IMG/VR virus record: IMGVR_UViG_3300028888_000058
Span: 1-39,059 of that record
Reading direction: 5' to 3' (one strand)
Source: a virus
Taxonomy: Duplodnaviria > Heunggongvirae > Uroviricota > Caudoviricetes
DNA length: 39,059 nt
The translations under genes and the position numbers were made by a program. Below, piece after piece: positions 26,455 to 36,021 of this stretch; the first letter of the stretch is position 1; each line of letters opens with the position of its first letter. The notes under the pieces were generated by a model. That model did no database searches. It saw nothing but the letters and a program-made list of their open reading frames with translations, and was not told the origin of the DNA.

Positions 26455-26739
26455 ATGAAAATTATAGCAGACATTTACGGTTCAAAACCATTAACAGATG
26501 AAGAAGTAATCAAGGTATTATCTGAAACTGGAGAAAAACTTGTTATTTCAAATGGTAAGACTATTACACAGGTATCTTGGTCTCCAGATAATGATATTGA
26601 AATTCTTACTGTTAGAATTAAAGATATGTCTATTCAAAATTATCTTTTTACAAAGTTCAATGGTATTGAGACTATTAATTGGATTCGTCAGAAATCATAT
26701 AAGGGTTGTAAATTCTATTACGGATATATTAAAGATTAA
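26455..26739 (+). CDS. Hypothetical protein
   Basis: 94-aa ORF. Confidence 0.75.
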   Translation: MKIIADIYGSKPLTDEEVIKVLSETGEKLVISNGKTITQVSWSPDNDIEILTVRIKDMSIQNYLFTKFNGIETINWIRQKSYKGCKFYYGYIKD

Positions 26740-26741
26740 AT

Positions 26742-27050
26742 ATGGAACCAAAATTTATTATTGAATGTATTCATAAAGAATATTGGAATATTCCAATGTA
26801 TTTAAAGAAGATAGGCCCAAAACCGTGGAATATCGAATGGACTAATGATCCTTATAAAGCAAAAATTTATGATACAATTCAAAGAGCTGAAAAAGAATCA
26901 TTAAGAATGTCTGAATATGTAAAATATTGTTATGATCGTGGCTATAGTTCACATTGCTATGGGTGGGATTCAGAAAAACAAGTTAGTTTGGTAATGAAAA
27001 ATGTACAAGGTAACGTTAGAAAAATAAAAATTGCATTTATTGATGAATAA
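26742..27050 (+). CDS. Hypothetical phage protein
   Basis: WTNDPYKAKIYDT motif. Confidence 0.75.
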   Translation: MEPKFIIECIHKEYWNIPMYLKKIGPKPWNIEWTNDPYKAKIYDTIQRAEKESLRMSEYVKYCYDRGYSSHCYGWDSEKQVSLVMKNVQGNVRKIKIAFIDE

Positions 27051-27534
27051 TAAAATTGAAACATATTTCGTTGATTATCCTTCTGCATTAAAACTAAAGA
27101 AAATTGGTTTTGACGTAGCTTGTGATTTATATTTTGAATGGTACCCTCATTATAATGGTGAACCAATTTCTTTTGATGAAGAATGCGAATTGAAAGATGA
27201 AGGAAAATCAAATTTAATAACATATAAAGAATTAGTACAGCGAATGTATAATACTAATTCTAAATTAAAGTATTCTAAAAACTGTTCATGTCCAGAAATC
27301 TATAAAGTTACAGATTGGATTTTGGAAAACTATAACATATTTATTGATGCTAAACCATATTGGTGTGAAGATGGAATTATGTGGTTATTCGAAGCATATT
27401 ATCTTATGGATACACATTGGAAACCTATTAAAAGTATAACTGCTAAAACTTCAAAAATTCATGCATTAGCAGACGGTATTGAATATGTCTTGAATTTGAT
27501 TGTAACAAATAAAATAAAAAAAGGGAATCATTAA
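27043..27534 (+). CDS. Hypothetical phage protein
   Basis: VDY.SAL.LKKIGFD..C pattern; ATG 27043 preferred. Confidence 0.8.
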   Translation: MNNKIETYFVDYPSALKLKKIGFDVACDLYFEWYPHYNGEPISFDEECELKDEGKSNLITYKELVQRMYNTNSKLKYSKNCSCPEIYKVTDWILENYNIFIDAKPYWCEDGIMWLFEAYYLMDTHWKPIKSITAKTSKIHALADGIEYVLNLIVTNKIKKGNH

Positions 27535-27584
27535 TGATTCCCTTTTTTGAATAAAAAAAAGAAGTACTTAATAAAAGTACTTCT
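27517..27584. terminator. Two back-to-back hairpins at convergent junction
   Basis: aaaaaagggaatca-ttaa-tgattccctttttt (27517-27548); agaagtactt-aataa-aagtacttct (27560-27584). Confidence 0.85.
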
Positions 27585-27598
27585 AAAAAATAAAATTT

Positions 27599-28309
27599 TT
27601 AATAATTAGTTATAAAAGGTAATTTTTTAATATTATGTTCTTTAATATAAGTTACAAATTTATCATATCGTGCAAGATCATCAATATTATAATTAGGATA
27701 TGAAGATATTAACAAATAAACTCCTTTATATAATCCTTCATGATTAATATCTTTATTATATTCATTAAATGTATCCAATACTTCTTTACGTGATCGTCCA
27801 TATATATAATTTTCAGGTCCTAACAATAATGGTGTCTTAATTACTGTATACCATACTTCTCCAATATGATCAATCATACTATCTATTTCATTTCTTTGTT
27901 TTTCTTTACTTTCTGCCATTTGTTGCATAGAACGTTTGAATTCATCTAATGTATATAATGAATTACATTTTTTATCATCAATACCCATACGATCTGCCAT
28001 TCCTTTTGTTAATACATGTGTATTATGCATATTAGAAAATGTCTTATCTTCAATAGATTTTTCTAAATTCTTATAATTTTCTTCTGTTAAGATATAAGGA
28101 TATCCTTCATAAGTATCATTTAATTTCAATTCATTATATAATGCAACAGTATCCACGTGTTGATATCTGTATTCATTAATATCATATACTAAGTCTGCAT
28201 AATTATTTAATGCAAATAATGCTTCCTTTGCTTCTAAATAAGAATTTGCATATATAATAACTCTTTCATTAAATTTATCTTTCTTATAAAATATATATAA
28301 TGTACTCAT
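27599..28309 (-). CDS. Hypothetical protein
   Basis: 236-aa ORF in minus-strand operon. Confidence 0.8.
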   Translation of the reverse strand: MSTLYIFYKKDKFNERVIIYANSYLEAKEALFALNNYADLVYDINEYRYQHVDTVALYNELKLNDTYEGYPYILTEENYKNLEKSIEDKTFSNMHNTHVLTKGMADRMGIDDKKCNSLYTLDEFKRSMQQMAESKEKQRNEIDSMIDHIGEVWYTVIKTPLLLGPENYIYGRSRKEVLDTFNEYNKDINHEGLYKGVYLLISSYPNYNIDDLARYDKFVTYIKEHNIKKLPFITNY

Positions 28310-28310
28310 A

Positions 28311-28664
28311 TTATTCTATGTTATATTTTTGTTTATATTTTTCTACTTCCTTTAATAATTCATTTATTAAGTTTAATGGCATCTTAACATGATCTAAAGA
28401 TATTGAATACCCTGCATCTGTATATATAGGAGAAGTTGAAACGTTATATCCTCCAATGCCTTCATTATTCATTTCATATTCAAATCTAAGATAAGGAACA
28501 ATATAATTAAGAATATCTTTATATAGAAAATAATCAGAATTATCACTTTCATTTCTTGCTTTTTCCAATTCTGTTTCAAGTTCTTTAATTCTTTTTTCTA
28601 ATTCATTTTCCTTTTGAATATGGCTTTTAATAATGTCTTTTATTAATATTCCAGTATCTTCCAT
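28311..28664 (-). CDS. Hypothetical protein, paralog of 28667-29203
   Basis: Shared G(I/V)L(I/F)KD...H..KENELE..IK.L motif. Confidence 0.8.
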   Translation of the reverse strand: MEDTGILIKDIIKSHIQKENELEKRIKELETELEKARNESDNSDYFLYKDILNYIVPYLRFEYEMNNEGIGGYNVSTSPIYTDAGYSISLDHVKMPLNLINELLKEVEKYKQKYNIE

Positions 28665-28666
28665 AT

Positions 28667-29203
28667 TTAATAATCAAATATAGATTTCAAATTTAATTTA
28701 ATTGAATCATTTACATCAAAATATTCATATTTTTGTGATGTTGAAAATAATTTATTTTTGTTAAATATCTTATTATTATCTGAATCAACATAATAAATGC
28801 CTGCATCCTTTAATGATCCTAATTCTAATTTATTATGAGTATTATAATCTGCACTCATTATTTGTCTTTCAATAAAATTGGCGTCATCATTAGACATTGG
28901 AAAATTATCGATAGATAACTTATATCCATCTGCATCTACACTTATATGTATATAATTCCTCATCTGTACGAATAATTCATACATACGATTATACATTGGT
29001 GTTGATGTTGATTTTATTCTTGACTTTAATTGCTTAATTTCATTTTCTAACTCGTTTTCCTTTTTTAAATGCTGTCTAACAAAATCTTTAAATAAAACAC
29101 CTTTACTTTCAATCTTTTCGTTATCTTCTTTAAATATTTCCATTTTATCTTGTAAATATAAACTTAATGCTAAACCAAATAACCAATCATCATTATTTTC
29201 CAT
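28667..29203 (-). CDS. Hypothetical protein, paralog of 28311-28664
   Basis: Same shared motif. Confidence 0.8.
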   Translation of the reverse strand: MENNDDWLFGLALSLYLQDKMEIFKEDNEKIESKGVLFKDFVRQHLKKENELENEIKQLKSRIKSTSTPMYNRMYELFVQMRNYIHISVDADGYKLSIDNFPMSNDDANFIERQIMSADYNTHNKLELGSLKDAGIYYVDSDNNKIFNKNKLFSTSQKYEYFDVNDSIKLNLKSIFDY

Positions 29204-29218
29204 AGCTAATATAATATA

Positions 29219-32200
29219 TTAAAATGGTACTTCCCCATCAGTAGATTCAAATAAATCGTTTTGTAAATTCTTTTCCTCTTTCTTATTTGATTCTTCATTT
29301 GTCTGTGTGAATATGTTATCCTTAAGCATATTAGTATTTTCTTGTTTTCTCATGAATCTATTATTAGATTCATCTAATTCTGAATACTCATAATATCCAT
29401 AAGGCTTATGTATAACATTTGGAAGTTCAGATTTGACATCTTCAAGACGCCTCTTTTCTTTAATTTCAAATTCAACATCAATATCTTCAGTTTCATCAAC
29501 TTCTTTCATATCATCAACTAATTCCTCAATAAAGAATGCTTGTGTTTCTTGTGATCCTCCATATATGTCATTAAGATCTGTTTTCTTTGTCCACAATAAT
29601 TCAAATGGGACAATTCCAACGTTGCCATTCTTAGGACGTGACTGTAATATGATTATCTTCCAAAGATCTTTACTCAACTCAAATACTGTTTCAAGATATT
29701 CCTTATCTTCCACAATAAGATTTGGAATTGAATTTGCATATCCTACTGCATAATCAGCAAGATATTTATTTATTTCATTTTCATTTGTTGAACTATGAGC
29801 ACGTGCCCAATTTTGTGAATCTTTAACGAATTTCAATACAGGAAAATCCAATCTTTTTCTTTTACGATTATATTCTATCTGTACAAATCTACGAATACGA
29901 TTTAATTTTGTGTAATTGATTCTATTCTGTTTCTTATCAATACAATATTCAAATATGTCTTTTATAGTTTCACAATCATAAAATTTATAAAGTCCTATTA
30001 CAATTGGTATGTTCTTTTCAAGAATTTCAATATCTGATGCATATATATTGTTCTCTTCTCTTTCAATCTTATATGAATCATCCTTAAATATTTCATATGA
30101 TCCTTTAAGAAGTTCTTTATATGTATCTATATTTCCATCATTAAGATGATTAAGAAACTTAAATGTTTCTGCTGTATTATAATTATATCTATTATGACGA
30201 CATAACTTTAAGAATTCTTCTACATCCTCCTGTTTTGCTTCATCTATTCTATCTTTATGATCTTTAACAATAACTTCATACCCATAATATTTCATTCCAT
30301 TTGTAAGAACTTCTAATTGTTTTGAATACTCAGTATATCGTTCTTCAAATACTTTAAGCTTATATGTTGTTTCATCTATATAATATTTACAATCATTTTC
30401 ATCATATTTAAGATATCTATTTGCAGACAATAAAGATTGAATCAATGGGTTATATTTTGATTCTTCATTATTACGTTCAAGCATATCATTACATGTATGA
30501 ATCAAATCTCGTGCAAACATTAAATCCTTTTCAGAAAAACTTAAATCCAATGGTTGTGTATAATAATAGTTAATTGGAATTCCTGAAGAATCTTCCTTTT
30601 CCAAAAACAATTTAATATATAAGTCATTATTACGAAGACGATTCGCAAACTGTTCTATATCCTGAGCTATCCATGTTTCATTAAAATAAACAGAAAATCT
30701 GTATCTATCACAAATATCAACACCTACAGAAAGATATGTTGTACAGAATATAATATCATTTGTTCCTATAGATTTATCAATATTGATAGTATCCATAGTT
30801 TCTTCTCCGTAATTTGATTTTTTATAATAGAACGCTTTTAATTCTTTTCCACTTCTGAATTCATTAAGATATTGTTGAATAAGTCCTGTAACCTGTTCAA
30901 AATAAAGATTTCCTTTATTTGTTGGAAACAATATTTTCTTTCCATCTATAATGTCATGTGCCATTGACTTACACATTTCAATAAGCTTTTCAGTATTTGT
31001 TGGAACCATATCTATTTCAAATTCCTTGTTACGAAAATCTTCTTTAATTACTTTAATATGCTTAATGTTTGGAAAGAATAACATTTCTCCAGTTGGTGTT
31101 CCTGTCATCATAATGATTTTAGCTTTACAGTTTGCCAATCTCTGAATAGTTGGTGACATAACATCCCTATATGAACTTGTGAATAATAAATGTGATTCGT
31201 CAATAACAATATATTCAAATCCTGCCTGGTCTAATTCATAAACATTTAATCTTGAAAATTTATCAATAGTCATTGACATATTTCTATCTCCAAGAATTTC
31301 ATCCAAGTTTGGTCTTTTATTTCCATAAAAATATAACCAATCAGATGTCTTTTCATCAGCTTCAACTTTTGCTTTAATTGTTGATGTAAACGGCAATATC
31401 AATAATGTTTTTGATTTAAGACTTTTAATCATTTCAGTCTTTCCATATCCTGCACCAGCTTCAAGCAAAGTTATATGAGAAAGATTAGCTATTATATCTT
31501 CTTTAATATCGGAAAGATATTGATTATTCTTTATAGTTAATCTTACTTGTGATGAATGATCATTTAATATTTTAGTTGGATCTAATGCTGCATTATCTTC
31601 ATTTTGTATTTCTTTTTCTAAATTTTGTAATTCATTTGAATATACATTTTCTGCTTTAACAGATAATTTAAATCCATGATATTTATTTAATTCTTTAATA
31701 GCCCAAATAGATATTGGCTTATTATGAATTGAAGCAGTCTTAACGTCTCCAGCCAACTCACGTCTTGATGTTCCTTCACAAATTTCAATCATTATTTGTA
31801 AAGCTTTATCATATCCATAAATAGATGTCAACGTATTAGCAAGTTGCCAACGTTGTGCGTGCTTATAGTGTTTCTTTCCCTTTTCCTTTGAAAGATCTCT
31901 ATCATTAATACCTGAGATATTAGATATGTCTACTTTTTCTTCTTCAGTTGTTTCGGTATTAAACCATTCTAACTTATGAAATATATCTTTAAGGTCAGGA
32001 TGCGATATCCAATCAATACTTGTTACTCCACTATGAAATGCTGATTCAAAATTAACATCCAATCTTAAATCCCTAAAATTTGTACTTAATAATGCATTAT
32101 TATCTGAAGATATGAAAATACCTTGTTGAGGCTTACACATAGCCATATCCATGTATTTTAATATATCTTCCTTTTCATATCCAAATTTCTTTGCATATTT

Positions 32201-32860
32201 CATAAGCACAATGTATATATATGAATACTTATGTCTAAAATTACATATATATTCAATACGCCTACTATTCGTATCAATTGATATTGGTGTAATCTTTGTC
32301 CAAACGTGACAAGATTTTCCTGATGCAGATATACAGCATCCTAAAAACCAATGATATTGTTTTAATTCATCAAAAAGTATCTGCTTAATATTTCGAGCAA
32401 GAGCTTCATCCTTAATATCAATATCTATAATCTGAAGTCCATTCCAAATATTATAAGACATATCTCCTATAGGACGCTGATTTGATGAAGTTGAATAAAC
32501 AACTTTTCTTTGAATTTTTTCAGTATTCCTATAAGATGGATCTTTCATTAAATTATAAATATCACCCCAGTTCCATATTATACCTGTCTTTTCGTAAATT
32601 GTATTTACAACAAGTGTTTCTATGAACTGTAATTGATCTGAAAAGAAATCCTCTTGTTCTGTATCTGAGCATTCAATATAATTATAAGAACTATATTGTG
32701 ATCCTAAATCATTTGAAGTCACCTCGTTTAATTCATTAAATTCGTTTGATATCTGACTAAATGATTTAAGAATATCTGTTAATGATTTGTCTTTACTATT
32801 ATATTGATTGTTTAATTTTTTTAAATAATTACCTAACTCACTATTAAAAATTTCTGCCAT
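29219..32860 (-). CDS. Primase-polymerase (AEP, BT4734/VirE_N-like) + PriCT-like + SF2 helicase fusion
   Basis: QIIDIDIKD, ISASGKSCHVW, DMAMCKPQQGIFISSD; Walker A EAGAGYGKT, VIDESH, MTGTP, TTYLSVGVDI, QFANRLR. Confidence 0.82.
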   Translation of the reverse strand: MAEIFNSELGNYLKKLNNQYNSKDKSLTDILKSFSQISNEFNELNEVTSNDLGSQYSSYNYIECSDTEQEDFFSDQLQFIETLVVNTIYEKTGIIWNWGDIYNLMKDPSYRNTEKIQRKVVYSTSSNQRPIGDMSYNIWNGLQIIDIDIKDEALARNIKQILFDELKQYHWFLGCCISASGKSCHVWTKITPISIDTNSRRIEYICNFRHKYSYIYIVLMKYAKKFGYEKEDILKYMDMAMCKPQQGIFISSDNNALLSTNFRDLRLDVNFESAFHSGVTSIDWISHPDLKDIFHKLEWFNTETTEEEKVDISNISGINDRDLSKEKGKKHYKHAQRWQLANTLTSIYGYDKALQIMIEICEGTSRRELAGDVKTASIHNKPISIWAIKELNKYHGFKLSVKAENVYSNELQNLEKEIQNEDNAALDPTKILNDHSSQVRLTIKNNQYLSDIKEDIIANLSHITLLEAGAGYGKTEMIKSLKSKTLLILPFTSTIKAKVEADEKTSDWLYFYGNKRPNLDEILGDRNMSMTIDKFSRLNVYELDQAGFEYIVIDESHLLFTSSYRDVMSPTIQRLANCKAKIIMMTGTPTGEMLFFPNIKHIKVIKEDFRNKEFEIDMVPTNTEKLIEMCKSMAHDIIDGKKILFPTNKGNLYFEQVTGLIQQYLNEFRSGKELKAFYYKKSNYGEETMDTINIDKSIGTNDIIFCTTYLSVGVDICDRYRFSVYFNETWIAQDIEQFANRLRNNDLYIKLFLEKEDSSGIPINYYYTQPLDLSFSEKDLMFARDLIHTCNDMLERNNEESKYNPLIQSLLSANRYLKYDENDCKYYIDETTYKLKVFEERYTEYSKQLEVLTNGMKYYGYEVIVKDHKDRIDEAKQEDVEEFLKLCRHNRYNYNTAETFKFLNHLNDGNIDTYKELLKGSYEIFKDDSYKIEREENNIYASDIEILEKNIPIVIGLYKFYDCETIKDIFEYCIDKKQNRINYTKLNRIRRFVQIEYNRKRKRLDFPVLKFVKDSQNWARAHSSTNENEINKYLADYAVGYANSIPNLIVEDKEYLETVFELSKDLWKIIILQSRPKNGNVGIVPFELLWTKKTDLNDIYGGSQETQAFFIEELVDDMKEVDETEDIDVEFEIKEKRRLEDVKSELPNVIHKPYGYYEYSELDESNNRFMRKQENTNMLKDNIFTQTNEESNKKEEKNLQNDLFESTDGEVPF

Positions 32861-33013
32861 TTACATATATTGGTAGATATATTTTTGTAAAAAATAGTTA
32901 CTAAATGAAAAATATTTAACATGTTCTTAACTTAAATTATAAGGAATTTTCATTATAATATACTAAAATTTTATTTTTAATTAACTTATAAAATACAAGG
33001 ATATATAGTATAT

Positions 33014-33871
33014 ATGGAAAATTGTGTTCAAACAATAAATGGAACAACAGCTACAAATACTGTTGGAATGGAAGAATTTTTAAAACAGAAAGCACAGCTT
33101 GAAGATCAAATAGATTATCAGTTTATACAAAGAATCATTCAAGAAATAACCCAGTCATGTGCTTTACCATTACCATTACCAGCATCAGCAATACCTCCAT
33201 TGATTTACCAGGCTGCACAAAAGTTTTGGGAAGACTACGATTTTGCGGTAGAAGAACGTTTTTATTGCATTAAGAATTCTGATTTTTGTAGATGCGGTCC
33301 TAATAATGTATTGACACTTCCACAACGTATCATATCTGTATTTGGTGTATATAAGACTTTAGATAGTTTTAATTACGGAGTAATGGGAGACTTCTCATTA
33401 GAACGTATGGTACTTAATAATTCAGCATTGGCTTCTGGTGCAGGTGGTACTTTATCTGATGTATTCGGTTCAGGTACAGGATATAACTTAACAGATGTAA
33501 TGAGTGCATTATATGAAGTACAGACTTATAAAGCAATGTTTGACGCACCAGTCACATTTAATTTCAATCCATATTCACATAAGCTTGTAATACTTGGTAA
33601 TCTTGAATATTCAGATCTTGTGATTCAATGTTATTTAAGATGCAAAATACAAGATCTTTATCAATTATATTATTTCTTTAGATATTGCGTATGTCTTGGA
33701 ATGCGTGGTTTAGCAACTATAATTGGTTCATATGATTTTAAAATGCCAGGTGGCGTAACAATCAATTATCAAAGATTCCATGATATGGCTGTAGAAGAAA
33801 TGGATAAGATTGATGAATGGATAAGAACTCAACATGCAGCTGACTACTTCTTTAATAGTAATACTGTATAA
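33014..33871 (+). CDS. T4 gp13-like neck/head-tail connector protein
   Basis: FNFNPYSHKLVILG and FKMPGGVTINYQRF...EEMDKI motifs. Confidence 0.75.
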   Translation: MENCVQTINGTTATNTVGMEEFLKQKAQLEDQIDYQFIQRIIQEITQSCALPLPLPASAIPPLIYQAAQKFWEDYDFAVEERFYCIKNSDFCRCGPNNVLTLPQRIISVFGVYKTLDSFNYGVMGDFSLERMVLNNSALASGAGGTLSDVFGSGTGYNLTDVMSALYEVQTYKAMFDAPVTFNFNPYSHKLVILGNLEYSDLVIQCYLRCKIQDLYQLYYFFRYCVCLGMRGLATIIGSYDFKMPGGVTINYQRFHDMAVEEMDKIDEWIRTQHAADYFFNSNTV

Positions 33872-33892
33872 GTTAAAAACATATTTAATTTT

Positions 33893-34525
33893 ATGAAACA
33901 TATAAACAACTTCATATTAGAAAAACTAATCATAAATAAGAATACCAAAATAGATAAGTATCATTATCATCCTAAAGATAAAGATGAATTAAAAGAACTA
34001 GTGGATAAACTTATTGAAGAACGTGGAAACGAAGCAGACCTTAATGATATAGATACATCAAAAATAACTGATATGTCATATTTATTTTCTGATTCTAAAT
34101 TTAATGGAGATATATCCGAATGGGATGTAAGTAATGTTACTAAGATTAAAGGTATGTTCTTTAAATCTAAGTTTACAAGTGAAAATAGTGACATTTCTAA
34201 ATGGGATGTAAGTAATGTAACTAGTATGTTGGGAATGTTTGCTGATTCTGAATTTAATGGAGATATATCTAATTGGAATGTAAGTAATGTCAGTGAAATG
34301 AATTATATGTTTTTAGAATCTGAATTTACAGGTGAAAATGGAGATATATCAAAATGGGATGTAAGTAATGTTACAGATATGGAGGGGATGTTTAGAAAAT
34401 CTAAATTTAATGGTGACATATCAAAATGGGATGTAAGCAAGGTAAGAGATATGTATAATATGTTTGATAATTCTCCTTTGGAAAAAAATCCACCTAAATG
34501 GTATATAAAATGGTCAGTAAATTGA
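33893..34525 (+). CDS. BspA-like/DUF285 repeat protein with capsid-targeting-like leader
   Basis: Five (FNG)DISxW(D/N)VSxV repeats, alternating 25/22-aa spacing; MKHINNFILE leader. Confidence 0.88.
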   Translation: MKHINNFILEKLIINKNTKIDKYHYHPKDKDELKELVDKLIEERGNEADLNDIDTSKITDMSYLFSDSKFNGDISEWDVSNVTKIKGMFFKSKFTSENSDISKWDVSNVTSMLGMFADSEFNGDISNWNVSNVSEMNYMFLESEFTGENGDISKWDVSNVTDMEGMFRKSKFNGDISKWDVSKVRDMYNMFDNSPLEKNPPKWYIKWSVN

Positions 34526-34547
34526 TAAAAATATTTATATAGAGGAA

Positions 34548-34709
34548 ATGACAATATTTGATTATATAGATAAATATGTACAATCTAAAAATACATCAAT
34601 AAGTAACGATAAAGATTCAATATTATCAGAAATGCTTTCACCAGATGAAAAACGTCTATATGATTATATAATGGAAAGTGATAGGCAAAGACTAATAAAA
34701 TATTCTTAA
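34548..34709 (+). CDS. Hypothetical small protein (53 aa, not in ORF track)
   Basis: GAGG upstream; MTIFDYIDKYV... Confidence 0.6.
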   Translation: MTIFDYIDKYVQSKNTSISNDKDSILSEMLSPDEKRLYDYIMESDRQRLIKYS

Positions 34710-34719
34710 ATTTTTAAAT

Positions 34720-34959
34720 ATGGATATTAAGCAAAAAATATCATATAAGCATGATTATTTAGAATCATATAATATCATAGGCAATAATAAATATGACTAT
34801 GCTAAACATGGTATACTTACAAAATCTTTGCCTAAAGTATTATTTAAAGGTAATTCTATATTCGTTACTTTTTTGCAATTAATAGATCTTAGACTTATAA
34901 TGATGTTCAAATACATTGATAGATTAAAAAGGTTCAAATATATTACATGGTATGAATAA
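34720..34959 (+). CDS. Hypothetical protein
   Basis: TAATG coupling with next gene. Confidence 0.7.
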   Translation: MDIKQKISYKHDYLESYNIIGNNKYDYAKHGILTKSLPKVLFKGNSIFVTFLQLIDLRLIMMFKYIDRLKRFKYITWYE

Positions 34960-35288
34960 TGAAAAAACTTTTAATGATTTTAATATTTACATTAATATTG
35001 GCATGTACACCTAAGACCATTATTACTGGCCCTACACAAATTGATGGTACAATGTCAAACATTGGAACATTTTATTATCAACAGCATCAAATGGATTCTA
35101 TGTGTATAGCAGATACATTACCTGGATTAAATGCTTGGCAATACATAGAACAAGCTGATTATGAAACAGGTAATCATATACATATTTATTTCTTTATTAA
35201 ACAGGATACTATAAATAATAAAGAATTAATGTATAGAGCATTATTAAAAGATAGTATATATAAAGTAACAAAAAGATTAACTAAATAA
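34959..35288 (+). CDS. Putative lipoprotein
   Basis: MKKLLMILIFTLILA-C lipobox. Confidence 0.75.
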   Translation: MKKLLMILIFTLILACTPKTIITGPTQIDGTMSNIGTFYYQQHQMDSMCIADTLPGLNAWQYIEQADYETGNHIHIYFFIKQDTINNKELMYRALLKDSIYKVTKRLTK

Positions 35289-35293
35289 TAATT

Positions 35294-35920
35294 ATGGTAT
35301 ATGGATTCGTTGCTTCAAAAATAGATGGAACTGAACATGAATTTAAAGTAGATGAAAAAATGAAAATGCCAGTTTCATATTCATATAAAAACAATTTGCC
35401 TGATATTTTAAATCAAGGTTCTAATCCAATATGTGTTCCTTGTGCTATATCTGCTTTTATTAACTGGAGTATTAATGTTGATAATAATTATGATACAAAA
35501 ACAGATCATAATGTTGATGTTAAATCAATATATAACTCAAGAACAACTCCAGGAAATACTGGTATGACATTTAAAGATGCATTTAAATTTATTCGTAATA
35601 ATGGTGTAAAGACAAATATTGGAAATTATAATATTGATGAATATTTTAGATTAGGTTCAATAATTCAACTTAAGCAAGCATTAATATGTAACGGCCCATG
35701 CTTAGGAGCATTACCTGTTTATAATGATATAAGAAACGATTTCTGGTATGAAAGACCTGGTGATTCTTTTTTAGGCGGTCATGCTATTGCAATTGTTGGA
35801 TATAATCAAAAGGGATTTTTAATTAGAAATTCTTGGGGTAAACGTTGGGGAGACAAAGGATATACATTATTAGAATATGATGAATTCGAAAGTTTTTATG
35901 AGATATGGTCTGTTATCTAA
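35294..35920 (+). CDS. Papain-like cysteine peptidase (C1A)
   Basis: NQGSNPICVPCA (oxyanion Q, catalytic C), GGHAIAIVGY (H), IRNSWG (N). Confidence 0.9.
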   Translation: MVYGFVASKIDGTEHEFKVDEKMKMPVSYSYKNNLPDILNQGSNPICVPCAISAFINWSINVDNNYDTKTDHNVDVKSIYNSRTTPGNTGMTFKDAFKFIRNNGVKTNIGNYNIDEYFRLGSIIQLKQALICNGPCLGALPVYNDIRNDFWYERPGDSFLGGHAIAIVGYNQKGFLIRNSWGKRWGDKGYTLLEYDEFESFYEIWSVI

Positions 35921-35946
35921 ATAAAAATTATTCTATAATAACTACA

Positions 35947-36021
35947 AACAAATTCCATTAAATAATATATTTTTATATATATCACAAATAAATATAAAAA
36001 TGTTATTTAATGGAATTTGTT
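35947..36021 (+). promoter_or_regulatory. Long hairpin occluding the start codon at 36010
   Basis: Perfect 19-bp IR aacaaattccattaaataa / ttatttaatggaatttgtt, extended inward by atttttatat/atataaaaat. Confidence 0.7.

Noticed and set aside
34100-34450. Diversity-generating retroelement target or DNA repeat element (tgggatgtaagtaatgt copies)
   Set aside because: The repeats are in-frame DUF285 units; no reverse transcriptase or A-specific template/variable pair is seen
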